64,000 bases of DNA from an uncultured delta proteobacterium (lineage in GTDB: Bacteria; Desulfobacterota; RBG-13-43-22): assembly GCA_963843145.1 (NCBI GenBank), contig CAWJJC010000020.1, forward strand, positions 480,001-544,000, given 5' to 3'. Below, piece by piece: positions 31,283-41,281 of this stretch. The translations under genes and the position numbers were made by a program. Under the pieces are notes generated by a model. It worked only from the letters and a program-made list of their open reading frames with translations, ran no database searches and was not told the origin of the DNA. The stretch's first letter is position 1. Each line of letters opens with the position of its first letter.

Positions 31283-33280
31283 TTATAAGTAATAGTCAAA
31301 GTCCCGTTCACTCCGAATCCTTTTTCGCACCCGAAAGATCTGGGCGGGCATCACCCGGGGATCGAGCTCCACGTAATTCCGTTCTCCCTGCCACAGGTAA
31401 CGGGCGTCGCTCAACAGGTCGTGAACCTGGTAGGGTCGATCCCCCTCGACTCCCACTTGCTCCAGGGGGAAATGCACCCACCCGGACTGAACATGATGGG
31501 GATCCAGATTGACTACGGTCAGGATGAGGTTGGAAAAATCCGCCGTGTGCTTGCTGTAGCAGAGCAACTGTTCATTGTCCACGACCTGAAAGCGCAGGGT
31601 CCAATCCTGTTGAAGCGCCTGATTTTCTCGTCGGATCCGGTTCACCCGGGCGATCAGTTCTTTGAAGTTTCCCGCCTGTTCGAGGTTCCAGGAACGGATT
31701 TCATATTTTTCGGAGTTCAGGTATTCTTCGGAACCAAAGTCCCGGGGCTGGTTTTCGCACAATTCAAAGGCCGGACCGTAAATCCCGTAACTGGCCCCCA
31801 GGGTGGCGGCCAGGATCAAACGGATGATAAAGGCCGGTCGACCTCCGAACTGGAGATATTCCGTCAAGATATCCGGCGTATTCGGCCAGAGATTAGGCCG
31901 GAAAAACTCGCGGAGCTCGGTCTGGGTGAGTTGCTGAAAATAGTCCGTAATCTCTCCCTTGGCATTACGCCAGGCAAAATAGGAATAGGACTGGGTGAAA
32001 CCCAGTTTGGCCAGCCGGGACGTGACCTTCGGACGGGTAAAGGCCTCGGCCAGGAAAAGGATGTCCGGAAACTCCTTTTTGATTTCCCTAATCAGCCATT
32101 CCCAGAATAGAAACGGTTTGGTGTGGGGATTGTCGACCCGGAAAATCCGAATCCCTTCCCCGACCCAGAAAAGCACCACGGATTTCAACGCCTCCCACAA
32201 GGCCGGCCAGTCTTCGTTTTCAAAATTGAGAGGATAGATGTCTTCGTATTTCTTCGGCGGGTTTTCGGCATATTGGATCGTCCCGTCCGGCTTCTTTAAG
32301 AACCACTGCGGGTGCTCCTTGACCCAGGGATGGTCCGGGGAACATTGGAAAGCGAGGTCCAGGGCGAGTTCGATCCCCAAGGATTCGGCCTTCTTACTGA
32401 AAGCCCGAAAATCGTCCAGGGTCCCGAGGTCCGGATGGACACTGGTATGCCCCCCCTCCCGGCTCCCGATGGCCCAGGGGCTGCCGGGATCGTCGGACTG
32501 CGCCCCGACCTGATTGTTCTTTCCTTTACGAAAGCTGAACCCGATAGGGTGGATGGGGGGGAGGTAAAGCACATCGAATCCCAAAGAGGCAATGTACGGC
32601 AAACGGGCCTCACAGTCTTTGAACTTCCCGTGAATCCCGGGAGTCGGGCCGCAGGACCGCGGAAATATTTCATACCAGGTGCTGAAGCGGGCCCGTTCCC
32701 GGTCCACAACCACTTCCAGTTCCCGCTCGTACTCCACCGCCAGGGAACAATCCGGATACCGGCTCATCAGGACTTCCAGTTCCCGGCCCAGGATGGCCTC
32801 CATCTTGACCTCCGGGTCAACGCTTCCCTCGATAAGGGCCACGCCCTCCTCCAGCCTCATTCGGTCGGCCCCGGCCGCCCGGGTCGCCGAGCCCCTCACC
32901 AGGGCACTACCCTTCAGGAATTCCAGGGCCAGGTCCTGTCCCGCATCGTAGCGAGTACGCAGGTCTCTTTTCCAGGTCAGGAAAGAATCCACCCAGGCTC
33001 GCAGCGTATAACGGTACCGCCCCGGGGTTTTGACCGTAAACTCCCCCTGCCAGCGGTCGTTGATCAGAAATTCCAGGGAAGCTTCCTGCCAGACCGTATC
33101 GGACTCAAGGCGATACAGAAGAACACCGGCGAGCACCTCATGGCCGTCGGCGAAGACGTCGGCCTCTACCCGGACCGGCTCTCCCACGGTTCTTTTGATG
33201 GGGAACCGCCCGTTTTCCACCTCGGGGCGGACCTTTTCAATCACCACCCTTTGTTTACCGTTAATTGGCTCCAATAGCAT
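31283..33280 (-). CDS. glgE: Alpha-1,4-glucan:maltose-1-phosphate maltosyltransferase
   Basis: WYEIFPRS, YLPPIHPIG, YAENPPKKYEDIYP, RVDNPHTKP, LAEAFTRP, NTPDIL. Confidence 0.95.
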   Translation of the reverse strand: MLLEPINGKQRVVIEKVRPEVENGRFPIKRTVGEPVRVEADVFADGHEVLAGVLLYRLESDTVWQEASLEFLINDRWQGEFTVKTPGRYRYTLRAWVDSFLTWKRDLRTRYDAGQDLALEFLKGSALVRGSATRAAGADRMRLEEGVALIEGSVDPEVKMEAILGRELEVLMSRYPDCSLAVEYERELEVVVDRERARFSTWYEIFPRSCGPTPGIHGKFKDCEARLPYIASLGFDVLYLPPIHPIGFSFRKGKNNQVGAQSDDPGSPWAIGSREGGHTSVHPDLGTLDDFRAFSKKAESLGIELALDLAFQCSPDHPWVKEHPQWFLKKPDGTIQYAENPPKKYEDIYPLNFENEDWPALWEALKSVVLFWVGEGIRIFRVDNPHTKPFLFWEWLIREIKKEFPDILFLAEAFTRPKVTSRLAKLGFTQSYSYFAWRNAKGEITDYFQQLTQTELREFFRPNLWPNTPDILTEYLQFGGRPAFIIRLILAATLGASYGIYGPAFELCENQPRDFGSEEYLNSEKYEIRSWNLEQAGNFKELIARVNRIRRENQALQQDWTLRFQVVDNEQLLCYSKHTADFSNLILTVVNLDPHHVQSGWVHFPLEQVGVEGDRPYQVHDLLSDARYLWQGERNYVELDPRVMPAQIFRVRKRIRSERDFDYYL

Positions 33281-33481
33281 TTTTTCTTATCTACCCCCAT
33301 GGGTTGAAAGGGGCCCCTTTTTGATTTCTTGATCTAGGAATTTATTATATAGAAATATTGAAGGGTTGTCAAGCAAGGCCCCCGGACAAGATTTATCATG
33401 GATCTTTCCCAGGAAGGGACCGGCGGGGAATCCGTTTCAAAAAGGGTTGCAATTTCTCCCGCATTCCGTCTAATAGGGGAC

Positions 33482-34720
33482 ATGAAGATTGCTTTGTTGA
33501 CCAACGAATATCCCCCCCAGGTCTATGGAGGGGCCGGCGTCCATGTGGGTCATCTGGTGCGGGAAATGGCCCGGCTGGACTCAGGGAGGCACACCCTGGA
33601 AATTCTGCATTTCGGCGACCAAGACCGGAAGTCGTCCAATATCTCGGTGCGGGGCGTCCAGACGGATTTCCCCTTCACCGCCGCCGATCCGCGGCAGCGC
33701 AAGCTGCTCCAGACCTTACTCAAAAACCTGGTAATGGCCGGCTCCCTTGATCGCGTCGATCTGGTCCATTGCCACACCTGGTATACGCACTGGGGCGGAT
33801 GCCTCCTGAAATTGCTTCTAGGCGTTCCCCTGGTACTGACCACCCATTCCCTGGAGCCCCAACGCCCCTGGAAAGCCGATCAATTGGGGTCAGGGTACCG
33901 GGTCAGCACCTGGATCGAAAAAACCGCCTATCAAAACGCCGACGGGATCATCGCGGTGTCCGGAGAAATGGCTTCGGCGGTAGTCGATATTTACGGCGTT
34001 TCCCCGGAACGGGTACGGATCATCCCCAACGGTATCGATAGCGACGAATTCAAACCGACCTTCAACCCGGAAATACTGATTAGATATGGAATCGACCCTG
34101 CTGAACCGTACATCCTTTTTGTAGGGCGTATCACCCGCCAAAAGGGATGGACTCATCTGCTGGACGCCGCTCCACACCTCCTCCCCGGGACGCAGTTGGT
34201 CCTCTGCGCCGCCTCTCCGGACACCGAAACGGTCACTCGGGCCTTCCAAACTCAACTGGAAGAACTTCGGTCCTCCTCCTCAAGACCCGTTATCTGGATA
34301 CCCCGAATGGTTCCCCAGGAACATTTGGTCTGTCTTTATACCCAGGCGGCCGCTTTCGTCTGCCCCTCCATCTATGAGCCTTTCGGGATCATCAACCTGG
34401 AGGCCATGGCCTGTGAAACCCCGGTGGTAGCTTCCGCCGTGGGAGGAATAAAAGAGGTCGTCATTCACGAAGAAACCGGACTGTTGGTGCCTTTCGAGCC
34501 AATCAACTCCTGCGACCCCCAACCTCGGGATCCGCACCAATTCAGTCTGGATCTGGCCCAAACGATCAACCGGCTCTTGTCCGATCCGGCGATGGCCGGA
34601 AAGATGGGTCAATCCGGTCGTCGCCGGGTGGAACAGGTTTTCAGTTGGAAATCGGTAGCCCGTCAGACCCTTGATTTTTATGAATTCCTGATCACCCAAC
34701 CTGTTTATTGTCCTGCCTGA
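33482..34720 (+). CDS. glgM: GT4 glycosyltransferase, GlgM / actinobacterial GlgA type
   Basis: TNEYPPQVYGGAGVHV, HTWY, HSLEPQRPWK, FVGRITRQKG, YEPFGIINLEAMAC. Confidence 0.8.
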   Translation: MKIALLTNEYPPQVYGGAGVHVGHLVREMARLDSGRHTLEILHFGDQDRKSSNISVRGVQTDFPFTAADPRQRKLLQTLLKNLVMAGSLDRVDLVHCHTWYTHWGGCLLKLLLGVPLVLTTHSLEPQRPWKADQLGSGYRVSTWIEKTAYQNADGIIAVSGEMASAVVDIYGVSPERVRIIPNGIDSDEFKPTFNPEILIRYGIDPAEPYILFVGRITRQKGWTHLLDAAPHLLPGTQLVLCAASPDTETVTRAFQTQLEELRSSSSRPVIWIPRMVPQEHLVCLYTQAAAFVCPSIYEPFGIINLEAMACETPVVASAVGGIKEVVIHEETGLLVPFEPINSCDPQPRDPHQFSLDLAQTINRLLSDPAMAGKMGQSGRRRVEQVFSWKSVARQTLDFYEFLITQPVYCPA

Positions 34721-34777
34721 AATGACAAAGAGTCCTTTTAGGTTGACAAAATCAGAAAAATACGATATGAAAAAAAT

Positions 34778-35089
34778 GTGAAAAGATTTATCATTCCCAA
34801 AACAATTCTTTTGTTCGTGCTGGTCCTTTTTCTGGCCGAATACCTGAACCCTTCGGCAATCGGTGTGCGAGCCGATTATAAACCGGCGCCGACCGGTTCG
34901 TCCCATTCGGCTAACCCGGCCCCTTCCAGTAGCGAAGGACCTTCGACCACCCCTCATTTCATGATCAAAGCTGAAGCCTATCGGCCCGGCGAAAATTTTC
35001 CGAGCCAGGTTCTTTTTTCATCGGCCTTATCTATCACCGAACAAACCAACCAGAAAGAAATTTTTCATCCACCGGCCTTTACCCTTTAG
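34778..35089 (+). CDS. Small protein with N-terminal signal/TM and C-terminal IFHPP; candidate leader peptide
   Basis: Hydrophobic N-terminus, P/S-rich linker, ends EIFHPPAFTL. TTGACA at 34743 lies upstream. Confidence 0.5.
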   Translation: MKRFIIPKTILLFVLVLFLAEYLNPSAIGVRADYKPAPTGSSHSANPAPSSSEGPSTTPHFMIKAEAYRPGENFPSQVLFSSALSITEQTNQKEIFHPPAFTL

Positions 35090-35211
35090 CGCTTTCCTCC
35101 CTGTTCCCTGTTGAAGAGTCCGACTTCTGTCGGGCCTCTTCGCTGACTTTCTTATCCAACTCTGCTGACGACTTTCTAACGAACGTCCATCGTTCCAGGA
35201 GGGTTAGGCTT

Positions 35212-35475
35212 ATGAAACCATTTTCTTTGGCGGCCTTGTGCATTGGTACCTTGGTCCTGGGGGTAGCCATGGTCTTGCTGGCCATGGTTTTACTGAAAAT
35301 CATGCCCCAAGGGCTGGTCGTTTTGATTTTCGCGGTCCTGGGTCTGGTTATCGTCAAGTTGTTCATTGGAATCCTGAGCCGTGGTCTGGCGGTCCGTCCC
35401 GAATCCGTCAACTCTCAATCTAGTCGAGAACAACCCGAAAAGGAGGTGAGCCAACCCATTCAAGTTTCTGGTTAA
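35212..35475 (+). CDS. Small two-TM hypothetical membrane protein
   Basis: AGGAGG upstream; two hydrophobic segments. Confidence 0.5.
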   Translation: MKPFSLAALCIGTLVLGVAMVLLAMVLLKIMPQGLVVLIFAVLGLVIVKLFIGILSRGLAVRPESVNSQSSREQPEKEVSQPIQVSG

Positions 35476-35538
35476 GGGTGTTGTTTGTCCACTTGGCAAC
35501 CACAAACGCAATCCGGTATTTACGGAAAGGAGGCTTTT

Positions 35539-35967
35539 ATGGGTTTTTTCGATAAATTCAAGAGCAAAGTCCCGGAATATGCCGCCTTGGACCAATCCAG
35601 TCCGGCGGCTCAGTTCCTGGGCGCCATGAAGAATCCGCTGGAAACCTTTGCCGCCCAGGTATCGGATCCTTTGGAAATTGTCCCTTCGGGAGACACCGCT
35701 TACGTCTTCGTCGGTAAGCCGCCCAAGGCCTTCGGGCTGGTTTGGATTCAAGGGGGACAGGTCCAAAATCTAAAAAAGGTCGTGGCCGAGAAGGGGATCC
35801 CGGCAACTACTTTCCAGCTTATCTCGGATGACCTGCGGGGGGCCTACGAACGCAGCGAGAGCGCTTCCCGGTACTCAACCAGCCTGGCCGGGAAGAATGT
35901 GGTGGTAACCCCCTCCGAACCCCTGGCCCGCGAGGTTCATCAGATAATCCAGGGACTGGGCGTCTGA
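35539..35967 (+). CDS. Hypothetical protein (142 aa)
   Basis: AAGGAGG RBS, MGFFDKFK start, host-like codon use; followed by a stem-loop and T-run (~35978-36048). Confidence 0.75.
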   Translation: MGFFDKFKSKVPEYAALDQSSPAAQFLGAMKNPLETFAAQVSDPLEIVPSGDTAYVFVGKPPKAFGLVWIQGGQVQNLKKVVAEKGIPATTFQLISDDLRGAYERSESASRYSTSLAGKNVVVTPSEPLAREVHQIIQGLGV

Positions 35968-36314
35968 AACGCCTATTCACTGCCGAGGCGCGAAGGAAGC
36001 GGGAAAAGGTTCCTTCATTGTACCCTCCGCGCTTCGGCGGTGTTTTTTTCCCTAACCTCTTTCTGACCTGGCATTGTCCTCATCCGCCGGCCTAACGGGA
36101 TCCCTTGTCCCCACGTTTGACCAACCTGTTCCCGCCGAGTGAACGTTGATCTCCATCACGGGAATGTCCTCCAGCCTGCCTTGGGACAGGACCCCAACGT
36201 ATCTTATTCTTCGATCCACGAGCAGAGGATAGAAACACGCGCTCCATTCGGGTTTTTCGCCGGGGCGGGTTCCCTTTTTCGGGAAGGATTTTTAAACCGC
36301 AGCAAGAGGGCCCA

Positions 36315-36354
36315 TTGATTTAAGTCAAATACTTGGCAGCGATTAGTGTATAAT
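36315..36354 (+). promoter_or_regulatory. Crp/Fnr-type box and -10 element upstream of hdrC
   Basis: TTGAT-TTAA-GTCAA (36315-36328) and TATAAT (36349-36354). Confidence 0.55.
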
Positions 36355-36364
36355 ATAAGCTAAG

Positions 36365-37009
36365 ATGAACACCACCACCTCCTCCCACGAAACCCAAACC
36401 TCGCCCTCCCAGAGGCCCGAGAAACCCAGAACGCTCCTGGCCGGCCGGGGCGATCATTTCCTGCCCCGAGTGGAAGGGGACACCGGAGCGAACATCTCGG
36501 CCTGCTATCAATGCGAGCGCTGCACCAACGCCTGCCCGGTAAGCCATTACATGGATATCAAACCCCATCAGGTGATCCGCCATGTTCAACTCGGGTGGCG
36601 GGAACAATTGCTGGGGTCCTCCACCATCTGGGTATGCCTGTCCTGCGAGATGTGCTCCACCTACTGTCCCAATGAGGTGGCGGTTTCCGCGGTGATCAGC
36701 CACCTGCGTAATCTGGCCTTCCATTCTTCCATCCGTCCCCAGGAGAAGCTGCTGGCCATATTCCACCAGACTTTCCTGGAGGAGCTCCGGAAATTCGGCC
36801 GGGTCAACGAACTCTGGCTCATGCAGACCTTCAACCGCCAGCCCCAGGTTTTGAGGGAGAAAATAAAGGCCGGCACCTTAAAGGAGGAAATCCTCCTGGG
36901 ACTGGCGCTCTGGCGTAAAGGCAAACTCCATTTGATCCCCCGGCGCTCGAAAGCCATGGCGGAGATCAAAGCAGTCTACCGCCGGCAGCGGGGAGAGGTT
37001 GCCCGATGA
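36365..37009 (+). CDS. hdrC: Heterodisulfide reductase subunit C-like
   Basis: CYQCERCTNACP and IWVCLSCEMCSTYCP. Confidence 0.9.
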   Translation: MNTTTSSHETQTSPSQRPEKPRTLLAGRGDHFLPRVEGDTGANISACYQCERCTNACPVSHYMDIKPHQVIRHVQLGWREQLLGSSTIWVCLSCEMCSTYCPNEVAVSAVISHLRNLAFHSSIRPQEKLLAIFHQTFLEELRKFGRVNELWLMQTFNRQPQVLREKIKAGTLKEEILLGLALWRKGKLHLIPRRSKAMAEIKAVYRRQRGEVAR

Positions 37010-37848
37010 AACTGTCCTTTTATCCCGGATGTTCGCTGGAAGGGATGGCCAATGACTACGCCCGCTCCATTACGGCGGTGTTTCAACACCTGGACATCGA
37101 CCTGGTAGAGATCGACGATTGGTCCTGCTGCGGCGCCACGGCCGCCCACAGCCTGGATGAGATGATGGCGGTGGTCCTGCCGGCCCGGAACCTGGCCCTG
37201 GCCGAAAAACAAGGCCTGGACATCCTCTCCCCCTGCGCCAACTGCTTCAACCGCCTGCGGTTCTCCCAGAAAATGGTCCTGGAAAAAGCCGTCGATATCC
37301 CCTGGGAGGTCACCGGAGATCTCAGGATCCACGACATGACCCGTTTTCTGGCGCAGCCGGAAAGGATTCAACAGATTGAAAAAAAGGTGCTCCGGCCGCT
37401 GGCCGGTCTCCAGGTTGTCTGCTACTACGGATGCCAGATGGTCCGGCCGCCCCGGATCACCGGCTTCAGCGACTTCGAAAATCCCCTGACCCTCGACCGG
37501 ATTGCCACGGCCCTCGGCGCCCAGGTCAAGGACTGGTCCTATAAATCGACCTGTTGCGGCGCCAGTATCGGCATCGGGCGCAAGGACATCCAGGATACAC
37601 TCACCGCCCGTCTGTTGGACAAGGCCCGCCAGGCCGGGGCCGAGGCGATCGTGGTTTCCTGTCCCCTCTGCCAGGCCAACCTGGATATCATCCAGCGCCG
37701 CAGCAAAACCCAGGTGCTCCCCGTCTTCTACTTCACGGAACTGCTCCGGTTGGCCTTCGAAGGCGGGGAAAGGGCCGGCGGCTGGTTTAAGATGCACTTT
37801 GCGAACCCGGTGCCGCTTTTGGAGGGGAAAGGATTTTTAAAGACTTGA
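37006..37848 (+). CDS. hdrB: Heterodisulfide reductase subunit B-like
   Basis: FYPGCSL, WSCCGA, YYGCQ, TCCGA, SCPLCQANLD (two CCG domains). Confidence 0.92.
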   Translation: MKLSFYPGCSLEGMANDYARSITAVFQHLDIDLVEIDDWSCCGATAAHSLDEMMAVVLPARNLALAEKQGLDILSPCANCFNRLRFSQKMVLEKAVDIPWEVTGDLRIHDMTRFLAQPERIQQIEKKVLRPLAGLQVVCYYGCQMVRPPRITGFSDFENPLTLDRIATALGAQVKDWSYKSTCCGASIGIGRKDIQDTLTARLLDKARQAGAEAIVVSCPLCQANLDIIQRRSKTQVLPVFYFTELLRLAFEGGERAGGWFKMHFANPVPLLEGKGFLKT

Positions 37849-37870
37849 ATTGGAAATGCTATAGAAAGCT

Positions 37871-38102
37871 AAACTCAAAATTCGAAGCACGAAATCCGAA
37901 ACAAATCCAAATGATCGAAATTCAAAACAATCTTTTCTCCTGGTTCAGCAGAGGGAAATAGCTGATGCGGAACAAAATCGGGGGAAACGGGAGATTTTTT
38001 CACCGATGCCCAATCCACTCTCGTAAGGGCATATGTTTTGATCATTCGAATTTTGGTCATTTGAATTTGTTTCGGGTTTCGAATTTCGAGTTTCGGATTT
38101 AG
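37871..38102. repeat. Heptamer inverted-repeat element, copy 2, with ~105-bp spacer
   Basis: Arms 37871-37928 and ~38035-38102 are homologous to 25781-25917; lies between hdrB and hdrA. Confidence 0.8.
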
Positions 38103-38131
38103 CGACTCTATTCTTATTATGTGAGCGTATC

Positions 38132-41100
38132 TTGACCGAGAGTGAATTTAACAAACCTGTTGGTAAGGTCCTCGTGGTCGGCGGCGGCATCGGCGGGATC
38201 CAGTGCGCGCTCGACCTGGCGGATACCGGTTTTTATGTCCATCTGCTGGAGAACTCCCTCACGCTCGGCGGCACCATGGCCCAATTGGACAAGACCTTTC
38301 CGACCAATGACTGCTCCACCTGCATGTTTTCCCCCAAGCTGGTCCAGGCGGCCGGTCATCCGAACATCGACATTTTGACCCGCAGCCGGCTGCTCGGACT
38401 CGAGGGGGAACCCGGCCGCTTCACGGCCCGCGTCGAGAAGCAGCCCCGATACATCAACGAAAAAAAATGTATCGCCTGCGGCCAGTGCGCCGAAAAATGC
38501 CCCCAAAAAGTTCCCGACGAATTCAATGAGGGCCTGGGAAAACGCAAGGCGGCTTTTCTGGCCTTTCCCCAGGCTGTGCCTCTGAAATATGCCCTCGATC
38601 CCGAACACTGCCTCTATCTGACCAAAGGTAAATGCGGACTCTGTCAAAAAATCTGCCCGACCCAGGCCGTCGAATTCGAGCAACAACCTCAAATTCTTTC
38701 TCTTCCGGCCGGCGCGGTAGTAATCGCCACCGGTTTCGAATTGGCGCTGACGGCCAAACAGGGCCTGTTCGGGTATGGCCGCTACCCCAATGTCGTTACC
38801 TCCCTGCAGTACGAGCGGATGCTCTCCGCCACCGGACCCACCGAAGGCCATTTGCGGCGCCCGTCGGACGGGCGGATCCCGACTCGTATAGCCTGGATCC
38901 AATGCGTCATGTCCCGGGACGCCTCCCTCAACCGACCCTTCTGTTCCTCGGTCTGCTGCCTGCATGCGGCCAAACAGGCCGTCATGACTCGCAGTCACCT
39001 GCCGGAAAGCGAAACGACCATCTATTTTCTCGATGTGCGCGCCCAGGGTAAGGGGTTCGATGAATATGTCGACCGGGCCCGCCACGAATTCGGGGTCCGC
39101 TACCGGCGTTCTCTGGTATCTCAGGTCGCCTGGAACCCGGAAAACGATAACCTGGTGATTGAGACCTTCGACCACCATCAAGACCGCAAAATCGAGGAAG
39201 AGGTCGACCTGGTCGTGCTATCCAGCGGTTTCCAGCCGACCCCGGCCTTTACCGACCTGGCCGGCCGCCTGGGAATCATCCCCTCGGCCTACGGTTTTTT
39301 GAAGACCCCCTTTGACGATCCGGCGGCCACCAGCCGACCGGGGGTGTTTGTCTGCGGCGGAATCGAAACCCCCAAAGACATCCCGGAAACGGTTATCCAG
39401 GCCGGCGCCGCCGCCGCCGAGGCCTCGGTCCTCCTGGCCGGAGCTCGCCATGTGGAAACCGCGGCGGAACCGACATTTGCCGAGCGCCCCCTCGAAGACG
39501 AACCCCGTATTGGCGTACTGGTCTGCCATTGCGGGTCCAACATCGCCGGGGTGGTGGACATCCCCCGGGTTTTGGAGCAGGTAAAAAAGATGCCCCAGGT
39601 GGTCTGGGCCGTTGATTATCTATTCAGTTGCTCCACCGAAACCCAACCCCGCATCCTGGAGCTGATCGCGCAGCACCGTCTCAATCGGCTGGTGGTGGCC
39701 GCCTGCTCACCCAAAACCCACGAACCCCTGTTTCAGAACACCCTGCGTCAGGCCGGATTGAACCCCTACCTCTTCGAAATGGCCAACATCCGCAATCACT
39801 GCTCCTGGGTCCACCCCCAGGAACCGGAGAAAGCCACCCGCAAATCGATAGAGCTCATCCGGGCCGCCGTCGGCCGAGCGATTCACCTGGAACCCCTCCA
39901 GGAGAGCGTCTACCCGGTAGTCAACCGGGGCTTGGTCCTCGGCGGAGGTCTGGCCGGGATGACCGCGGCGCTGACCCTGGCCGACCAGGGATTTCCGGTG
40001 ACCCTGGTGGAAAAGGGACCCAGCCTCGGGGGAGTGGCCCGACTCCTGACCGAAACCCTGGAGGGAGATTCTCCGGCCGGGCTCATCCGCTTTCTTCAAG
40101 AACGGGTCCGCCATCATCCTCGAATAGAGACCCGCCTGGAGGCCCAACTGGTCAGCCACGGGGGCCAGGTGGGGGCTTTCGAAGGGGCGATCGAAAACGG
40201 CGACGGCCGTGCGCTGGTCCGCTACGGGGCCGTGGTAGTGGCCACCGGCGGGCAGCCCTACGAACCCCAAGAGCATTTGTACGGGCAGGACGAGCGGGTC
40301 TGCACTCAGGTAGAGCTCTCCCGGCGCCTGGCCGAAAACCCCTCCTGGGCCGGTGAATTAAAACGGGTGGTGATGATCCAGTGCGTCGGTTCGCGCAGTG
40401 AATCGTTTCCGGCCTGCAGTCGGGTCTGTTGCGCGGCGGCCGTCAAAAACAGTCTCCGCCTCAAGGAGTTAAACCCCGGGGCGGCGGTGATCGTCCTCTA
40501 CCGTGACCTGCGGACCTTCGGCTTCATGGAGCTTTACTACATGAAGGCCCGTAAAGCCGGCGTACTTTTTTTTCGCTTCATCCCTCAGGAAGGCCCCGAG
40601 GTCTTTTTAGAGGACGGACGACTGACCGTTGATTTCACCGACCGCAGCGCCCACCGGGATTTTCGGGTGGAGCCGGACCTGGTCGTGCTCAGCGCCGGTA
40701 TCCGGCCTGCGGAAGACTCTCGGGACCTGGACCGACTGCTCAAGCTGCCCCGCACCACCGAAGGCTTTTTCCTGGAGGCCCACGTGAAGCTGCGACCCAC
40801 GGAGTTCGCCACTCCGGGCATTTTCCTGGCCGGACTGGCCCACAGTCCCCGGTTCATCAAGGAGTCGGTGATCATGGCCAAGGGGGCGGCCCAGCAGGCG
40901 GTGAAGATCCTCTCCCGGAAAGAGATGTCCATTTCCGCCGCCGTGGCCGTGGTGGACCCCGACCGCTGCGCGGCCTGCCTGGTCTGCGTCCGCGTTTGTC
41001 CCTTCGGGGCGCCCTTCATCAACGCCAACCACGTCTCGGAAATACCCCCCCCTGCCTGTCGGGGCTGTGGGATCTGCGTCTGCGAATGCCCGGCTCAGGC

Positions 41101-41194
41101 CATTGCCTTGCGGCACACCCGAGACGAACAGCTTAACGCCGCCATCGATGGACTCGTCGAACAGGCGCTGGCCGGGATTCCTGACAGCGATTAA
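38132..41194 (+). CDS. hdrA: Heterodisulfide reductase subunit A-like, ~1020 aa two-module type, Cys form
   Basis: [41 protein letters not shown], second GGGLAG module, [12 protein letters not shown]-terminal ferredoxin. TTG start. Confidence 0.92.
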   Translation: MTESEFNKPVGKVLVVGGGIGGIQCALDLADTGFYVHLLENSLTLGGTMAQLDKTFPTNDCSTCMFSPKLVQAAGHPNIDILTRSRLLGLEGEPGRFTARVEKQPRYINEKKCIACGQCAEKCPQKVPDEFNEGLGKRKAAFLAFPQAVPLKYALDPEHCLYLTKGKCGLCQKICPTQAVEFEQQPQILSLPAGAVVIATGFELALTAKQGLFGYGRYPNVVTSLQYERMLSATGPTEGHLRRPSDGRIPTRIAWIQCVMSRDASLNRPFCSSVCCLHAAKQAVMTRSHLPESETTIYFLDVRAQGKGFDEYVDRARHEFGVRYRRSLVSQVAWNPENDNLVIETFDHHQDRKIEEEVDLVVLSSGFQPTPAFTDLAGRLGIIPSAYGFLKTPFDDPAATSRPGVFVCGGIETPKDIPETVIQAGAAAAEASVLLAGARHVETAAEPTFAERPLEDEPRIGVLVCHCGSNIAGVVDIPRVLEQVKKMPQVVWAVDYLFSCSTETQPRILELIAQHRLNRLVVAACSPKTHEPLFQNTLRQAGLNPYLFEMANIRNHCSWVHPQEPEKATRKSIELIRAAVGRAIHLEPLQESVYPVVNRGLVLGGGLAGMTAALTLADQGFPVTLVEKGPSLGGVARLLTETLEGDSPAGLIRFLQERVRHHPRIETRLEAQLVSHGGQVGAFEGAIENGDGRALVRYGAVVVATGGQPYEPQEHLYGQDERVCTQVELSRRLAENPSWAGELKRVVMIQCVGSRSESFPACSRVCCAAAVKNSLRLKELNPGAAVIVLYRDLRTFGFMELYYMKARKAGVLFFRFIPQEGPEVFLEDGRLTVDFTDRSAHRDFRVEPDLVVLSAGIRPAEDSRDLDRLLKLPRTTEGFFLEAHVKLRPTEFATPGIFLAGLAHSPRFIKESVIMAKGAAQQAVKILSRKEMSISAAVAVVDPDRCAACLVCVRVCPFGAPFINANHVSEIPPPACRGCGICVCECPAQAIALRHTRDEQLNAAIDGLVEQALAGIPDSD

Positions 41195-41281
41195 TCGTTG
41201 CAATTTATCCGCTTTCTAATTAAAAATTAAGTTAGCGGCTTACATCCCTGGTTCTGAAAATTTGTCTCTATCAGAGGACAA

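Noticed and set aside
36050-36300. Possible gene remnant or riboswitch in the long intergenic region before hdrC
   Set aside because: I found no recognisable protein motif in the frames I read and no known aptamer consensus.
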